From Raillietiella orientalis (lineage: Eukaryota): a stretch of 64,000 bases of DNA. The notes under the pieces were generated by a model. It worked only from the letters and a program-made list of their open reading frames with translations, was not told where the DNA came from and made no database searches. This document shows, one piece after another, positions 23,251-37,900 of the stretch (positions are counted from its first letter, which is position 1; each line of letters starts with the position of its first letter). Made by a program: the position numbers and the translations under genes. Location of the stretch: the NCBI GenBank assembly GCA_036172245.1, contig JAYWIR010000034.1:1178001-1242000 (forward strand), given 5' to 3'.

Positions 23251-26200
23251 ATCCAATAGAGAACTCCTTGAAGCTCACCAAAGCCATTGATGCAGGAAAG
23301 TCGAGGAAAGCAACGTGCGAAGGCAGCTGCCAGAATCGTAGAATCGAAACATGATCGAATACATCTTGACCACCCATGATAATCTGACCCCGATCTTGGT
23401 GAAGGAAAGCACGACACCAAATCCGATACCAGATCATCCGAAGACTTTCGTTTCTAACGGCCGTCCACAGCAATCGAAGAGAACAAGACCAAGGACCAAC
23501 CTTCTCTTGGTGAAAAGTGACTCTCTGCTTCCTTTTATGTTGCACAGTTTCGAAACAGATCGGTGCACTGAGTTCTTTTTCTCTCCCTGTTACCGGGAGA
23601 GACAGTGAGGGGGAGGAAGAACAGGAATCTCAGCCTTCGCACACCTCTTAGAACACGCACAAATCTAGATCGTCTCTTAAAGAGTGGCCATTCATAGATT
23701 GCAATTTAATGTATGAACAAGGCACCGAAAATGAACAGGCGAGTAAGCTGTGGCTTCTCCATGTGCTTTCGTCAACATTGAGGAAGCTAGCAAGCTCCAG
23801 GAAGACAAACCGAACTACTTTCAAACAGAAGCTCTAAGCTGCACCCCATCTAATCAACCACTTGACCGCCCTGACTGTTGCGGGGGAGAACTATATAAAT
23901 ATTGAAACTTCATCTCTTCTGCTCATCCTCAAACTCGTAGGTAGCATGGAACCCTACGCGAAGAAGGAACCAGCTTCTCGGTGGGGGCCGAGGAGAAACT
24001 GGAACTTGCACATGAGATGCGCCCCATGGTTTCCTCATCCGGTAAAGAGATGCTCCTTTGACGTCCCCTAGATTCTCGATGTGTAGTGGAAGAGAGGCAC
24101 GCATGAGTGCGTGAAGGACAGCAGAACGGAGCAAGTCTGCAGGCAAGGAGTGAAAGCACTTCTCCGACTGTGAGCGTCCCGGAGAAGGAAGCGAGGTGAC
24201 GGCGACACAAATTAGACCAGAAAAAGCTCCCGAAAGATAAGATGAGGAGGGAGATTGGAAGAGCGCACGACCAGGTTTGCTGACACGGAAGTGGTCACTA
24301 AAAAGCCATCTCTTTACGCGGCACTCGTTCCCGGAACGAAACTGGTGGCATTCGAAAGACAATCGGAGAGAGAGTGGAGAGGATTCCGGGTGACTCCCAG
24401 AATTTTCGGCGAGTCGCCGTTTCTAAGCGAACCATAAGCACAAAGACTCAAAGCATTTGCTCGGCTATTTCCATACGCAATTGCGTAATCATGACTGGAT
24501 GATTTTTGGCGGGCAGCGATTTCCGGGACTCTCGGTGAAGAGACGTTTCGAATGGATAATCGAGGGGAGGAAAAAAATTCAAGAACAAAAGAGGACTACG
24601 CGCTGATCGCTAGCATCGTAAACACGTTTTTTTTTTTTTTTTTGTTCCACAGTGGAGATGGAGTCGGGGCTCCTTCCCCCTTCAGAGTAACAAACTTTAC
24701 GAACGGGCTTGTTTTTCGAGTATGAGTGTGTGCGAGTTCTATTTTCTCCCAAGACTTTCACATATGGAGCATTCCAATTTTTTTTTTCTTTCCTTGTTGA
24801 CCAGATGGCGTTTTCGAGAAAATTATTTTTCCATTTCCATCTTTCCTTCTCCTTTTTACGAACCTTGCGAGTTGAAGTGGACTTCGCTAACCGCTTACGG
24901 AGTGACTCGCGCATCGCGTTTCTAACGCTTCCTCTCGAGGCATTTTGGTCGCTGCACCTCAAGATGTTGCTGGTCAAGGAGACGAAGATTACAAAGCTTC
25001 TGTCGGGTCCTTTTCGATCGAGTGAAACTCAGAATCTCCCAAGAAGTGTGTTTTGATTGACCGTCTCCTAGAGACTAGGTCCGAGGATCCGTGATTGTCT
25101 CTCTCAGCTTGGCATGACCAGCCTGATTGCAGGCTCTCGCAGCTCCGAGGGTTTGCCTCATTTGCATCTGGTCAATTCTCCTCACTCTTCTGTGCTCTGC
25201 AAGAGCAAACTGTCTCAGCCACCGAGGAAAGCGGCCTCTAAAATGCCCCAAAGATTTCTGCATACACCCCATGCATCCCCCAAAAAGGGGTAGGATGGTT
25301 CCTTTCGTAGATTTCGAATCAACTATTGCGAAGGTTTCAAGCTGCAAGGTTTCCAGTTGCTTCAAGGTTTTGCAACTACAGGGTAGAAACACCCCTGCAG
25401 CAAATGGGATGAACAGCTCTCCAAAGTAGGGATTCTTTTGCTACGTTCTACCACAGGAGAGCAAAGGGCACGTCAGCATCCTACAGCCCAGAACTTTGGG
25501 AGTGCTCGCAAATCCTGAGAAGGGCCCCGCTCTCAGCTGCCATAAATCCGACAAGGATATAAAGAAGCAGTCTGACGCCGCAGCTGGATCTTTAGCTCTT
25601 ATGGATGAAGATGTCCTGGCGTAATATTCGGCAAAGATGATCTGCTTTCTGAAATCACGCCGATATAAACTGCATTTTCGAATTCATTTAACGCCACATT
25701 CAGACTCCACTTGTAGCAGACATTTTTCTGGAGTCGCATGATTGGGCATAATTTCGAATTTGTCCACAGAGGGACATTCATTGAAATCAAATGGAAGCAA
25801 TCAGCTTCGGTTCGCTTCGCACAGAACGAATGAGTTCGGGTGCGGCGGCGCTAGCAGATGGAAGCCGGAAGCCGGGAAACCCGTGTTCCGCGATTGTGTG
25901 ATCAAGCGGTTCCCTCTCCACCAACCGAAGCCCCCCCCCATTACTGCTAACGCAAGTAGCTGAAAGGGCCACTTCTTCGCTCTCTCTCCTCCCATCCGAT
26001 TCTCAAGGATCGCCACCGAGTCAACTAGGACCTGATTTTGCCAGCAACATGAAGTAGAAAAGAAGGAATCATGCAAAATCATCCCCTTATACACAGTAGT
26101 TGGGAGGCGGCTCGACATCGTGAATTTTTCAACGAGTTTTTGCAATCTGATTTCTTGAGCTATGTCTCAGTGTAGTGAAGTTCTTCACGTTTGTCAAAAA

Positions 26201-28419
26201 TTCGAATTGTCCTCCCAAAACAAGGTGAGGAATCCAAAGGGTACCACAAACTGATAGCATTGAAGGACACGAGAGTTCTTGATCTCTCTGATCAAGCGTA
26301 CCCGCTAACCATCTCGATTCTTTAGGCTAGGAGGCCACACCGCACGACTTCGGGATTCTGGAGGGATTCTGCCGATCGGGGAAGATGACTTACCAGTCGT
26401 ATTCAGCACACAACGCATTCGCCTTCTATGCTATTCTTCATTTCTTAGCATTGCTCCATGCAGAGCAGTCTTAGATTCCATCGCTATCACCACCACTCCA
26501 CCTGCGAAAACTTTGCGCTCGTGCACTCATCTAGAATGGCCTTAAGCTGCCAGCACGCCCGTCCGTTTTCGCCCTCATTCCGCGCTCTCTCCCACCTTTG
26601 CCAATGCCTCCAAGTGGGATCCCAGCTGCACAGCTCAACGGGTGAGCGGGAAGCAAACTCCTCACGCATTGGAGTTCCCTCCCGTGAGTTGTTGCTGCCT
26701 GCAGACACCGCAGTTGCTGCTCTTGGAAAGAAAGGAAGATCTCCCACAAAGCGGAAAATTGGGGAACAAAAGGGTGAAAGGAGGAAGCAGACGCACGGTG
26801 TGCGGAAGAGCACACACGGACAGGCAGGTCCGAGACGTGAGCTTTGTTTAAATGTCTCCTTAGAAGAGCAGAGGGTAATCACTCGTTTCACGGTCTTCTC
26901 CGAATTTAAGGTCGGAAATCATTCCAAGGGAGAGGACAAAATTCCTGTTCGGAGAAAGGAGGTAAAAAAAAAAAAAAAAGCAAAAAGGAACCAATTCCTC
27001 TTGGCATTCGGAACAAATATTCCATCCTCTAATTATAGTGTGTCGAAGAGTCCGGAGCTTAGCATTTCGTGGATGGCAATAGTAGCGCAGGTAGTTTGGA
27101 AACAAAGATGCTTTCCGCAGTTTCCAAGCTAGCCATTGGCCCGAGTCTCTGCTTAGAACAGCGGGCCCTTCGCCTTTCCGAATAGCTATTTCACTTCCGG
27201 CATCGGTGTCATCCCGTACCTGAAATAAATGCATTCTCTAGAGACAATCCCTCCTTCCCCGTCCAGTTCTCTCCCCTTCCTCTTCTCACCACTTGATTGT
27301 AGAGTTTCCACTGAGGTTTGTTTGGGAAATGCTGCTGTCTTTCGTGCGACCTGAGGCTTTCCAAAGCTCAGGTAAGAATTTCCTCCCATCGCTTCAACTG
27401 ACACACGAGCTCCCCTTGGTGCTCAGCGTGGTATCGGAATCAGCTGCTGGGTTTCTAACGGGAGGAAGCGTCGCATCAGTCGGAAAGGGGCAAGCAGCAA
27501 GGAAGTCGACGGAATCGTCTCCATTTTTTCAGCAAAGCCTCGATACCACCTGCCATATTTGCCAAAAGGCAAAGGGTATTCATGGTCCGGAATACGATTT
27601 CACGACTCCAGCATCTTTTGACATTTTTGTGCTTCGGTTCCGAAGATGCGAATGGCAATCTTCTGGTTCTTTCTTTTTTTCCCATTTTTCCACGAATTTC
27701 CCTTTCATATTTCTCGCAATCTTTTCTCTCTCTCGAACAAAAAGAATGCATCTTCGATCCCATCGCCATCTTCCATAACCGATTTTCAGAATTGTATCTC
27801 TGTTTCTCTGGACCCCTCCCCAGAATTCGTTCGGAGTGCCCCTCGCTGTGAAGTTTTCCACTCCTTTCCTAGTGGCACTGGGACGCCTTCCACTCTGCTC
27901 CTACCCTGTCCGGATGAGACGCGCGTGGCTCCGCGATTTAGCGCGAAGTTCCTGATCAAAAAGTGCGCAAGGAAAACAGGAAAGGGTACACTTTTTCCTC
28001 CCTCTGGGTTGAGCTCTGGGTGGGTGAGCAGCACTGAAGGTATTTCGTCTGTGCAAGGAACTTGCTCGAGAGCGTTTCCTGGAAGACCAAGGAAGCGCTT
28101 TCCGTGAACACACGATTTTCCGCAAAAGCACCAATCCTCTCTTATTGCAAAGTTCAATTACTGTAGAAACTACGTGGAAACATTGTTCACTCTGTAGATC
28201 TTCGAGCTTTTTGGCACACTAAATTTGCATCCAATGCTTACTTTGGGAGAACGATGGCAAACACTTAGTCTTTGACGAATCTAACGATGAACGGATGTTC
28301 CCCCCCCCCCTTCCTTCCCTCAAAACCCACAGAGTTCCTTTCTGGAGAAGGAAAACTTGCCCTCAAATGAACAAATTATCTTGGGTTCCAGTTTTTTGAA
28401 ATTTGGCCTTTTTTGAACT

Positions 28420-29000
28420 TTCATAATGACAAATTCAATGCCTTCGTGTCCTCACGAATGATGCGGGGCAACTGGCTCTTGCTAATTCCACCAGGTACAA
28501 TGGAGATAATTTTTTCTTTAAGCAGCAAGAATTCTATGGAATGGTGGGTGTGCTGCTCTATTAGAAATAAAACAGTGCTGATGTGATGGCCTCCTCTGTC
28601 CAAGCGTGGCTCCCTCCTCCCTTTCGAACGTCACGGTCAACTACATCAAGGAGAAGCACGGACAGTGGAGGATCCGGGCCTGCAACCAAACTCTTAGCAT
28701 GGAAACGCCATTGCTACCTGATCTCGTTCTGAGAAGAGGGAGTCTTGTCATAAAAGAGAGATACTATCCATTCGAAAGCACACCGGCAGCGTCCAGAAAA
28801 ATAGGAAAAACATGAGAAACCGCTCGTTCTTTATTAGTTACCCAAGCGATTTGCCGTCAGACCATTGGAATTTTGGCATCTCCAAAATTGGCAATGTTCT
28901 GCAAGAGCTACAAATTCTGGGAACAGTACGCGACCCAACTCGGCAAGATGGTGGCGTCGTCGAACATCCAACATAGTCAAGGCATTTACAAAACTCATTT
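28420..29000 (-). mobile_element. Possible pogo-like (DDE_1) transposase remnant
   Basis: VLFLIEQHTHH......KEKIISIVPGGISKSQLP resembles LL.D...H.....IPGG.T..LQP. Little other support. Confidence 0.28.
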
Positions 29001-31344
29001 GCTTGTACACCTTGTAAGCGACCGAGCAAAGTGCACCTATGAAATCGAAACAACAGAAGGCGAGAAGTTTTTGGCTTTGAGAACACCAAAGACCAAGCTA
29101 GCGACAGATTTAGTTCACGAAGGAAATCTCTGCGAGTGGAAGGATGTAGGCCTTGAACCGCAGCAGAGGTGAACCGATAACGCCTTCACTTCAAGAAGTA
29201 TCCCTATTGGTGAACCAGTCCTGCTCCAGCAATGAACATGCTGGACGGTGAAGGAAGCGCTAAAAGCTGTAAAGCACACACACACACAAGAAAGCACACC
29301 CTTGCTGTGTGGGTCTGTGACTCCTCAGTTCCTGTTTCTTGAGTTCGAAACATCTATCAGAATTAAGAACGAAACTGGGGAATCCAGGAAGATGAAATGA
29401 AATGAAGAGTTGTTGTCAGCAGTCGAGGCGTCATCGACATGATTAATCTGCACATTATCATCATGGCATCTAGAATTCCTCGCTATCAGGTATCATATTC
29501 AGGAAGATTACTAAGGAGCTGCTGCCAAGGAGCTGCGCTTACTATCGTATGCTGTTACTAAGGGGATCCTGGAGTCGTTGCTACATGACTGCAACACCCA
29601 GTCCCCAGTCACTGCTTCTGACTGACAGAAATGTATTATGTTTTTTTGATGATTCAAAGATCGCTGAAGGACTTCTGCACAGGAAAACTCTTCTCAGTTC
29701 CGCCCAGAATCGTTGAACTTTCGGTTAGTCTTCCTCGAGAGACACTCCTAGACTAATGGTCTCACATTTTCTAAAACTTTTTCCATCTATTCCCGTGTGG
29801 AAAGTCGCATGGCGCGATCTGGCGGCCACGGAATGCTAAAAGGACTCTTTCGCTCTCCAGACGCCCAGCTTCACTCCTAGCAGATTTTTTCGGAACACCA
29901 GACGAAAGGTTAGGTTTCCCTTGCTTTCCACCAGTATCTGCTCCAGATTTCATGTCCTATGGTTTTATCCCTTCCATCAGGAAAGTCTCCATTCTTGGGA
30001 TTCCTGTTTACTCCCTAGTGTTCGACCCTTCTCGTGCACATCCTTGGTTTCGTACGGATCTCCATCCGTGTAGTCTTGATGCTTCTTTTTGGTCGCCTGC
30101 TGCTACGCGTGCAGCATGAAGAATTGTTCACTCTTTTTGATCTCAGAGAGACACAGAGCCATTGCATTTCCAGTGAAAAGGTGAGCCGTGACCCTCCATA
30201 AGCAAGTCGAAGGTCAAATTTAATAAGATCGTTCGAACGTCTCGCTACAGAGCGTCTTTTTCCTTTTCGAGTGTCTGTCCTGAAGAATCGCTCTCCGCGA
30301 TTTGCAGGAAGATGGGTAGCATGCAAAATGTGAAGAAGGCTGCTTTGTAACGAAGCAGAAGGCGGACCAAAGAGCACCTATCTGCTTCCACACTCGGCCT
30401 ACGTGCTCTGGAGCGCGAAAGTACGCATTCTCTTCTTGACGTTCTCCGTTGTTTCCAGAGCATGCTGCTGTTTCTCGCGTCTTCCTTCCCGTCCAGGGTT
30501 TCTGGAGGCAGTCGAACACCGAGCTTTTGTATCAGAAGCTAGTACTCAACATCTCAAGAGAGGGAGCTAGGATTCCCAAAAGCGCGTCGAGTTTGTTTGT
30601 CCTTTTCTTTTTTTTTCTTTGCTCTTCCTTTCTTTATGGAGGGGACGCTGTCGTTCAGGACTTTCTCGTGCTGCGAGCATGAGTTCTCCTCCTGCTCCAT
30701 CAACACACCATGACAACCTATCAGGAGCGCCTGCCTCGGGAGGCGAGATCTCACCCCGGATGCTGCACTCTGCCCCCAACCGAGGCAATCTCACGATTTT
30801 TCTATTCCTTTGTGCATACGAACCGTTCACGAAGCAGAGCTCCACCTCATAGCACTCATGTTCCTCGGCGAAGCGTTTCTCTCTCCTTTTCTCTCTCCTT
30901 TTTTGATTTAAAATCCCGGATCCTCTGTATGATCCGACTTGAAAGCAGCCATTTTTTTTGCCAAGTCTTCCGATCGGACCGTGAGCTTGGAGCTATCGAT
31001 CACGGGGCTTGGGATGAGCGAGCACCCTTTCCCTCTGAACGGGGCGGCTCTGGACGACGGTACGCGGCGGGCATGCATGACGGCGAGACCGCGGGAGTGC
31101 CCTGGAAGCGCGCGTTCCGGCGACGGACGCTCTCTAGCGCTTTCTCGAGAGCTCGGGGCAGGAGACGGGTCGCGAGGTATACTAGAGGGAGGGGACAGGT
31201 GTCGATGAGCCCTTTGATCCTGGCCGTCCAAAGTGAAGGGTCTTCTGCAGGTTGCGGGTGACAAAGAGGGACGGTAAAAGATCAGGAGAACCTTCTGAGT
31301 CTCCGTCTGCAAGTGTACTGGAAGTCATCGGCAGGTACACGGCG

Positions 31345-31910
31345 AGAACACGCATAGACATATGTGCAGTGCATGTGTCGTGCAATTATACACCCGTATG
31401 ATGTCCGTATAGATGTGATGAAGGCGTGCTGTAAATTAGCAGTACATATGCACTCTACAGATACGCATATACATTTACTTGTAGATGGATAAATTTGCAG
31501 ATATGGATAGATGTAGAGACCTATCCATACATGAATATGCATCCATCCCTATGTATAGGTAGAGGGACATTGGAAGAAAAAAACATCTATATCGATCTAA
31601 AGCTTGTTATGGATAGACTGTAACTATCTCTACATGTGAATGGATTTGGACAGATGGATACATAGATATGGATATATGTCCATGCATATCTACTACATCT
31701 ATCTATAGATAAGGAATGGTAAAGAGCTATAAAGAGATGTTCAAACGGATACGAATAGACAGATGAATAGGAATAGATGGTTATTAGTGTGTGTTCGTGT
31801 ACCCCTATTCTTACGGAAAAACGTATACATGTTCATGTACACATGCATGCTCATGCGTGCCTGAAGTTTTAATTATAGCGAGCGGCACACATGCATGTAC
31901 ACTGGAGTAT
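31345..31910. repeat. Degenerate (ATAG/ATAC/ATGT)n low-complexity AT-rich tract
   Basis: Dense gatagat/acatac/atgtat words, embedded in otherwise GC-rich sequence. Confidence 0.75.
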
Positions 31911-34900
31911 GGACTGGGGTGCGTCCCTGCATCCCCCACTTGCCTCCAGGGTCGACGGCACTTACGTCCTCCTTCGATGGAGCGTGGACATCGCAGCGTC
32001 CGGCAGCGATACCTGGGATCGGCAGGGGAAAGTAACATGGTCGGGGAGGGAGAGAAAACCTCGAGGGATTTGGGGGAACTGCAGAAGGCTCGTGCGTCGT
32101 CCACACCGGGAGCCCTAAGGACAAACGCTTACGGCACAAGGAGGCGCGAGCACTCTTCTTACCCCTGCTCTCCTTCCTGCTTTCGCGTTCAGACGCTTCC
32201 CGCGCGCCTGCCTGCCTGTCTTCGAGGTGCAGATTCGCTTGGTGCCTGCGATGCGTGGATAGGAAGCGAAGGTCTCCAAAGACCACGCTGCCGCCTGAAG
32301 CGGAACTCCAACCTTCTCTTTCGTGGTTCTCCTAGGAGTGGGATGCAGGAAATGCACGGACTTTTAATTGGCGCGCGATCCCTACAATTTTAATTTTTTT
32401 TCTTCCCCTCCCTTCTCCTCTCCTCTTCTTGCCTTCATCAAGCCGGTCTGGGGAAGCTGCCTGGGGGAGTTGTCCTCGCGAGAATCCCAAATCGAATCGC
32501 CAAGAGAGTCCGCTCCCACGGGAACGAGGGGCCTGCCTCCCTTCCCCACATGTGGGAGAGGTGCTTCGCAGGGAGCAGGCTCCATCGGATGGAAGGAATT
32601 CCCAGGAACGCCCGCAGCAGCAGCATCCAGTTAGTTTTCCCTCCTTCTCCCTAACCTATGCACCAAACACACATACACAGAAGTACATGTGGAGAGAGGA
32701 AATGAATCCTGGTTTCCCGTCCCGTTAGTTGCTTGTTTTGGAAAGGGAGTGAGTTGGAACGGTATCTTCGCCCTGGAATGAGAAGAAAAAGGACCTCCAG
32801 GGAAAGGCGGACCTCAGACTCGCAGATAACAGTCTTCTCGGGAGAGCAGGATAGCATGGGGTGCATTCTCTCCTATTTCCCTTCCTCTTCACTCTCTGGG
32901 GCGCGTTCGCGCGCGAGGGCGGGATCCGGGTCGCCGGCGGAACTCCCACGAGCTCCCTTTTCCTCGCTTTCCCGCGGAAGGGGCAGGAGGAAGCGGGGGA
33001 TCGCGAGTGCCGTTCTTCTGTTCCCTTATCGTCCAGGAAGGAGAAACGGCCTCGCGATCAGTCAGGCGTGAGGGGGCGTCCCGTCCTTGATACCAACAAT
33101 GACGAGTAACGAACAGCAACATCCAGGACTACCTCCGCTCATGGACTGTTGATCTTCCTAAAGGGGGCGCGTTCCCCTTTTCGTCCAGGCACTCGGGCAA
33201 GATGCTCACAGTTATCGGGCGATCGTTCGGCGCATGAGCGGCGTCTCAGTTTGCTCGCCTTTCTCGTCCTCCGGGTCAAATGGGGACCTTGCAGGAACGG
33301 AAGGGAGGGGGAGAAAGCGAGAGAGGGAATGCAAGCTGTTCTTGTGGTTGCCGGGAAGCGGCGAACCTCCTCATCAAGTGGTCGCTACAGGTTCGGCCTT
33401 CCCACCGCCTCTGGCTCCCAGGCTTCTATCTCCGCAGCTCCCGAGTCGCCAAGCGGAGAAGAAAGGGCCAGGAAGGACAACACACTCATGGGGAGGGGAA
33501 GGGGGAGGTGGGAGGATAGGCAGATAGGCGGGTCTGTTCCTGTCCTTCGCGTCCTAAGCCCTGAAGAATTCCCTCTTCCTCCCCTCCCATTTCCAAAGGG
33601 AAAGGGAAGGAGGGGAAAAAAATCAAGAGGGTCGTTAAGAGAGAAGGAAAAGGGGATGCGAGGGTGCTCGCTGGTGACTCCCGAGACGGGAGAAGTCCTA
33701 TAGGGATAACCTTGAACCTTCCTGAGCTCCGACTGGAGGGAGAAGCGACAGCAGAGTCTTGTCCCACAGAAGGAAGAGTCTTGCCCTCCTCCCCTTTCCG
33801 TGTTTCGTCTCTAGGTTAGCTGCGACCCAGGCCAGGCCAGGAGACTCACCTCGACTCCCACTCTCATCTCTTCTTGTCCTTCAGTGGTGCGCTTGGGTGT
33901 CGATGAGAGGGGCAGCTGCCCTGGCTCTCGGGAACTTCGTCTACGAAGAAAGAGAGTTCCTTCCCCGGGTGGTCTCACCGATTGTGTGGACATGGAAGCG
34001 CTTCGTAGGTCCATATGATGACTCATTGCAGAAAAATGGGCTCTCCTCACTCCGAAGGGTAAGGGGCCCTTAGCGTCGTGAGCCCGTACGGTGGTGCCGG
34101 AAGGAGCCACGATAGATGATACCTCGGGGTTCAGTGGGAGTTCCGGAGAGCGTTACCGTGCTCTCTTCCCCTTCCCTTATCAAAGGGAAGGAGAGGAGGT
34201 GGGAGAGGGGAAATGCAGATGGGCCGAGAACGAAAACCCTGCTCTTTCAACCAAGACCTCTTTTCTTGCTATCTCATCGCCTTCCCGCCCAAAAGGCGAG
34301 AAAGGAGTCTCAGAGTTCTCAAAGCCTAGGAGCGGCTCGTGGTTGCCGCGTCGAGAGGAGGGACAGAAGGTCTCATGACGGCCATGGATTCCTCCACGAG
34401 TCTACTGAGCTTCCCTCTTCCTGTTTTCTTGCTTTTGTCCCTGTATTGCCCCCTGGTTTACGGCAGAGTGGGGAAGACAGACGACGCTGACTCCTCCCTT
34501 CCTTTCCCTTGTATCCTCTTCGCCAGAAGGAGTAGGTGGAGGGACTTCGGACACTTCTGGCGACGCAGTCTGGGAGGAAGCGGATAGGAACTCCTCCGGG
34601 ACTCGCGCGAGAGGAAAAGGGGGTGACTTGTGCAGCCCTGCGGGAGGTTGCATCCCATCTCGATTCCCAGGGGAGCGGGGGAGGAAAAAGAGGACTGCAG
34701 GGAAAGGAGAAAGGGTCGTCGCTGCTGCTGGACTACTCCCAGAGTCTTGAGGGAGGCCGTGGAGGAATCCCCGGAACCTAGGAAGAAGAAGGAGGAGGGG
34801 GTGCTAAAAAGGAAGGCGCGCGTTCCTGGAAAACAAAGGGCTGTGGGAGGACAGGGAACAGGGTGCTGGGATCCTCTCTGACGAAGCGCGCTACGAGCTT

Positions 34901-37900
34901 TTCCCGGATTCCGACTTTCCCGTTCCCAATTATCTCCCGGAGATGTCACAGGAATTTTTAATTAAGGCGCCGCTGGGTTTGAATATTCATGATCCGCCAG
35001 TTTCCGATCGGCGCAGGGAGGGAGGACCCCGTGCGCGCACGGGTCTTCCGATCCGGCGCGAAGAAAAGAACGCTTCGTCCAAATGCGCACCCCCCTCCGT
35101 TATCCTCATCTCCCGGCCAGGGAGTCTTGATGCACCTCTTTAGGACAATTGGGAAGCGTCCCATTTTTCACTGACACCCCCGCGGTCGGGAAGGGACCGA
35201 CGCCTTTTTCTCTCTGGAGGGGTGGTGTCTGGCCGCCGCATAATATTCCTGTTAGAGGCCGCCTCCAGGGAACAGCGGGCAGGGCGCGCGCGCGTGCTCT
35301 CCTGAAAACTCGCCCGATATCTACAGTCCCGGGAGACACACCGCGCCGCGGACCTGCGCAGGTGACGTCCTCACTCGGATTTGTGAAAGGGCGGGAAGAA
35401 GTGGACAAAGGGGGAAGCAGAGGGGCACGAGGCCTCCTTTCTCTCTCTCTCTCAGCCCTTCCCCCTCTTGCGTAACGTTTTCATGCCTTCTCTACGCTCT
35501 TTTGGCTCCCGTCTCGGATCGTGGGCCAGGAAGGAGGTCCCAGAAGACATGAAAAAGGTGAAATGCGAGGTCGCCTCCTTGATTCCTTCCTCTTTTAATG
35601 ATGGTTTTAATGATGCACACGCTGCTGCGTCGCTGGAAGCGCCGACGATGGGGATGCTACAGACCCCATTTACGATTAACCTTGGGGGACCAGCCGGTCA
35701 TCTCGTCCCATCTCGTTCTTCCTGAGGAGAGAATGCGCATCTTCCTCCCTTTTTCTTGCCTCTGTGTCCCTCGACTGTTCCTGCCACCAGCTCGGGAACA
35801 AACCGGAAGAGGAAGAGAAGGAAGGAGAGGAAAGGGGCGAGAGAGACGCTCAAGTTTCCCACCTGGGAGAAAGGCGGTGCTGGTCGCAGCCCATCCGCAT
35901 AGTCTTCTTGTTCCTGTCCCTTCTCCCTGTTCGCTCCCAAAGGAGAGGAGAGAGCGCGAATGAGCATGTGCGGGGGGTACAAAGGACGGAGAGGGGAGGC
36001 AAGGCGGAGAGAAGTCCACGGCCTCCTTCGTGACAGGTCCTTCCCTTCTTCCCTCCCTTGCCGGCGGCTGTAAAAGCCACCGTTACTCTCCCGCAGCAGT
36101 TTCTTTGGCGTCTCCGCTGCAGGCGTTCGTTTCGCTGACCACTAGCACCGGGAAGTGGACTCGGGCTATCGAGCTTCTGCTGGTATGGCGATCCGTTTCT
36201 CATTCTTTCCCTTCCTCCTCCCCTTGTCCTCCTCCCTTCGAAAAGAGCGCCGTTGCTTCGCACGCGCCTGAGGGATTTCGAGAGCGCTTCGACAAAGATC
36301 CGCTACGAGTTCTCCTGACTGATTCCAGAGTCTGAGAGCCGGAGACAGCAGGTTCGCTCCATCTGCTTCGCTTCCCTCTCCTCTTCTATCCCATCCTTCC
36401 CATTCTCCCCTTCCAGCTCTTCTATCCGATCCAGTCCCTTTCCGCACGCGCCCAGTTCGCCCCTGGAGAGGGAGACGACGGCGAGTGAGGTCAGTCCTGG
36501 AAGCTGGAGTTCCGAGACGGGTGGCAGCGCGCATCATGCGAGGCTCTCTTTCTTCAGAAGACAGAAGGGGAAAGTAGGAAGGTAGGCAGAAGGGATAAGG
36601 TCTGAGAGAAAGGCAAGCAGTAGGATATTCTTCGTTTCCGTGGCCCGATATCATCAGCGCGGCGACAGGAACAGATTCTGGAGGTGCAAAAAGGGTTGAG
36701 ATGAGGGAAAGTTCTCCTCCGTATCCGTCCTTTCTCGGCCCATTCGGCTGCCCCATTCCTGTTCTCTTCCCTCCCCTCCCCTTCTTTCCGAGCACTAAGT
36801 CTCGCGGGAATCCGGGTGCGGGTGGGGGCGGTAGCAGTTGCCGGTTGGCCACAGGGGCAAAGAGGGCAGGGGGTAGAGACCCCCTTTACACCTCTCTTTT
36901 CCGTCCTCCCTTCCTCCCTCCCTTCCTCCTGCTGCGACTCTTCCGAGTGACCATACATCATCCTCGCCTCTCTTCCGTTTTAATTTTCACTCAGGACGTT
37001 ATCCCCTCCCGGACAGATCCCGAATTGATGATTGTAGGGAGCATGGAAGGAAGGAAAGAAGAAGAAGAAGAAAAAAAGGTGCAGATGCGGGATGCTGCGG
37101 ATGAGGCTCCTCTCAAAGGGAGGGAAGGGGACCCTGCTATTGCTCTCTTCCTTCCTTCTGCTTTTTTTTTTCTTTTTCCCTTCCCCTCTTCCGTAGGCCT
37201 CACCGTCGTCACGGCGGGAAACAAACGCGGGATTATGCATGACAAGTGGGATATTCCGGCAATCTGTTGCCTGGATAAATGGCTCTCCCCCCTCGCTCCT
37301 GTTGCAAGTCGCGGCGGCTCCCATTAAACGCGGCAAGGGCCGCCGCCGTTGCCGTCTCTCTACAGATCTGGAGAAAGGAAAAAGGGGAGGGGCAAAGAAA
37401 GAAGGGACCAGGGATTGAGGAAAACAGGAGGGAGCAAGGGAAGAGGAGGAAGCGCTTCAAGAGTCCGGACTTCGGCGCCATGATCGACGAAACCTTGTGT
37501 CCTCCTTCCCTGCTCTTCTTTTCATGGCAGAAGGAAGGATGTTCTCTCTGAGCTGAACCCGTGGACAGGAAGACGGCTGGCGAGCGTCATCCGGAGGGTT
37601 CCACAGTAGCGCTGGCTTCCTCGCCGAGATCCGAGGAAGGAAAAAACGGGCTAAGGCATCTTTGCTCATTGGATTCTCCTTAGGCCCGAAGAGGGAACCT
37701 CGCTTCTCCCTCTTTCCTCCCGTATCCGATTTGACAAGAGAGGGGGGGCACAGAGTCACTCCCTACTGCTGCTGCTCGAAGGAATGCCCCTGGGAGTGCC
37801 TCAATCCCCAGGGGCATTCCCACATCCATCCCCACACGTACGTACTCACGCGTAGTTCCTTCCTTTTCTTACCACTAAACGAAACAAGCCTACAACCCCA

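Noticed and set aside
25075..26250. Protein-like decayed sequence on the minus strand
   Set aside because: Different frames weakly suggest either a PIF1/Helitron helicase (PLW..MRL..N..EF..IG) or a Gypsy integrase (IRNYAQSCDS..ISA.F..YILV). The two readings conflict and cannot be resolved by eye.
33246..33280. Inr (TCAGTT) plus DPE-like GGTCA core promoter
   Set aside because: The DPE-like word is one base off the canonical +28 position and such short motifs are common. No TSS evidence.
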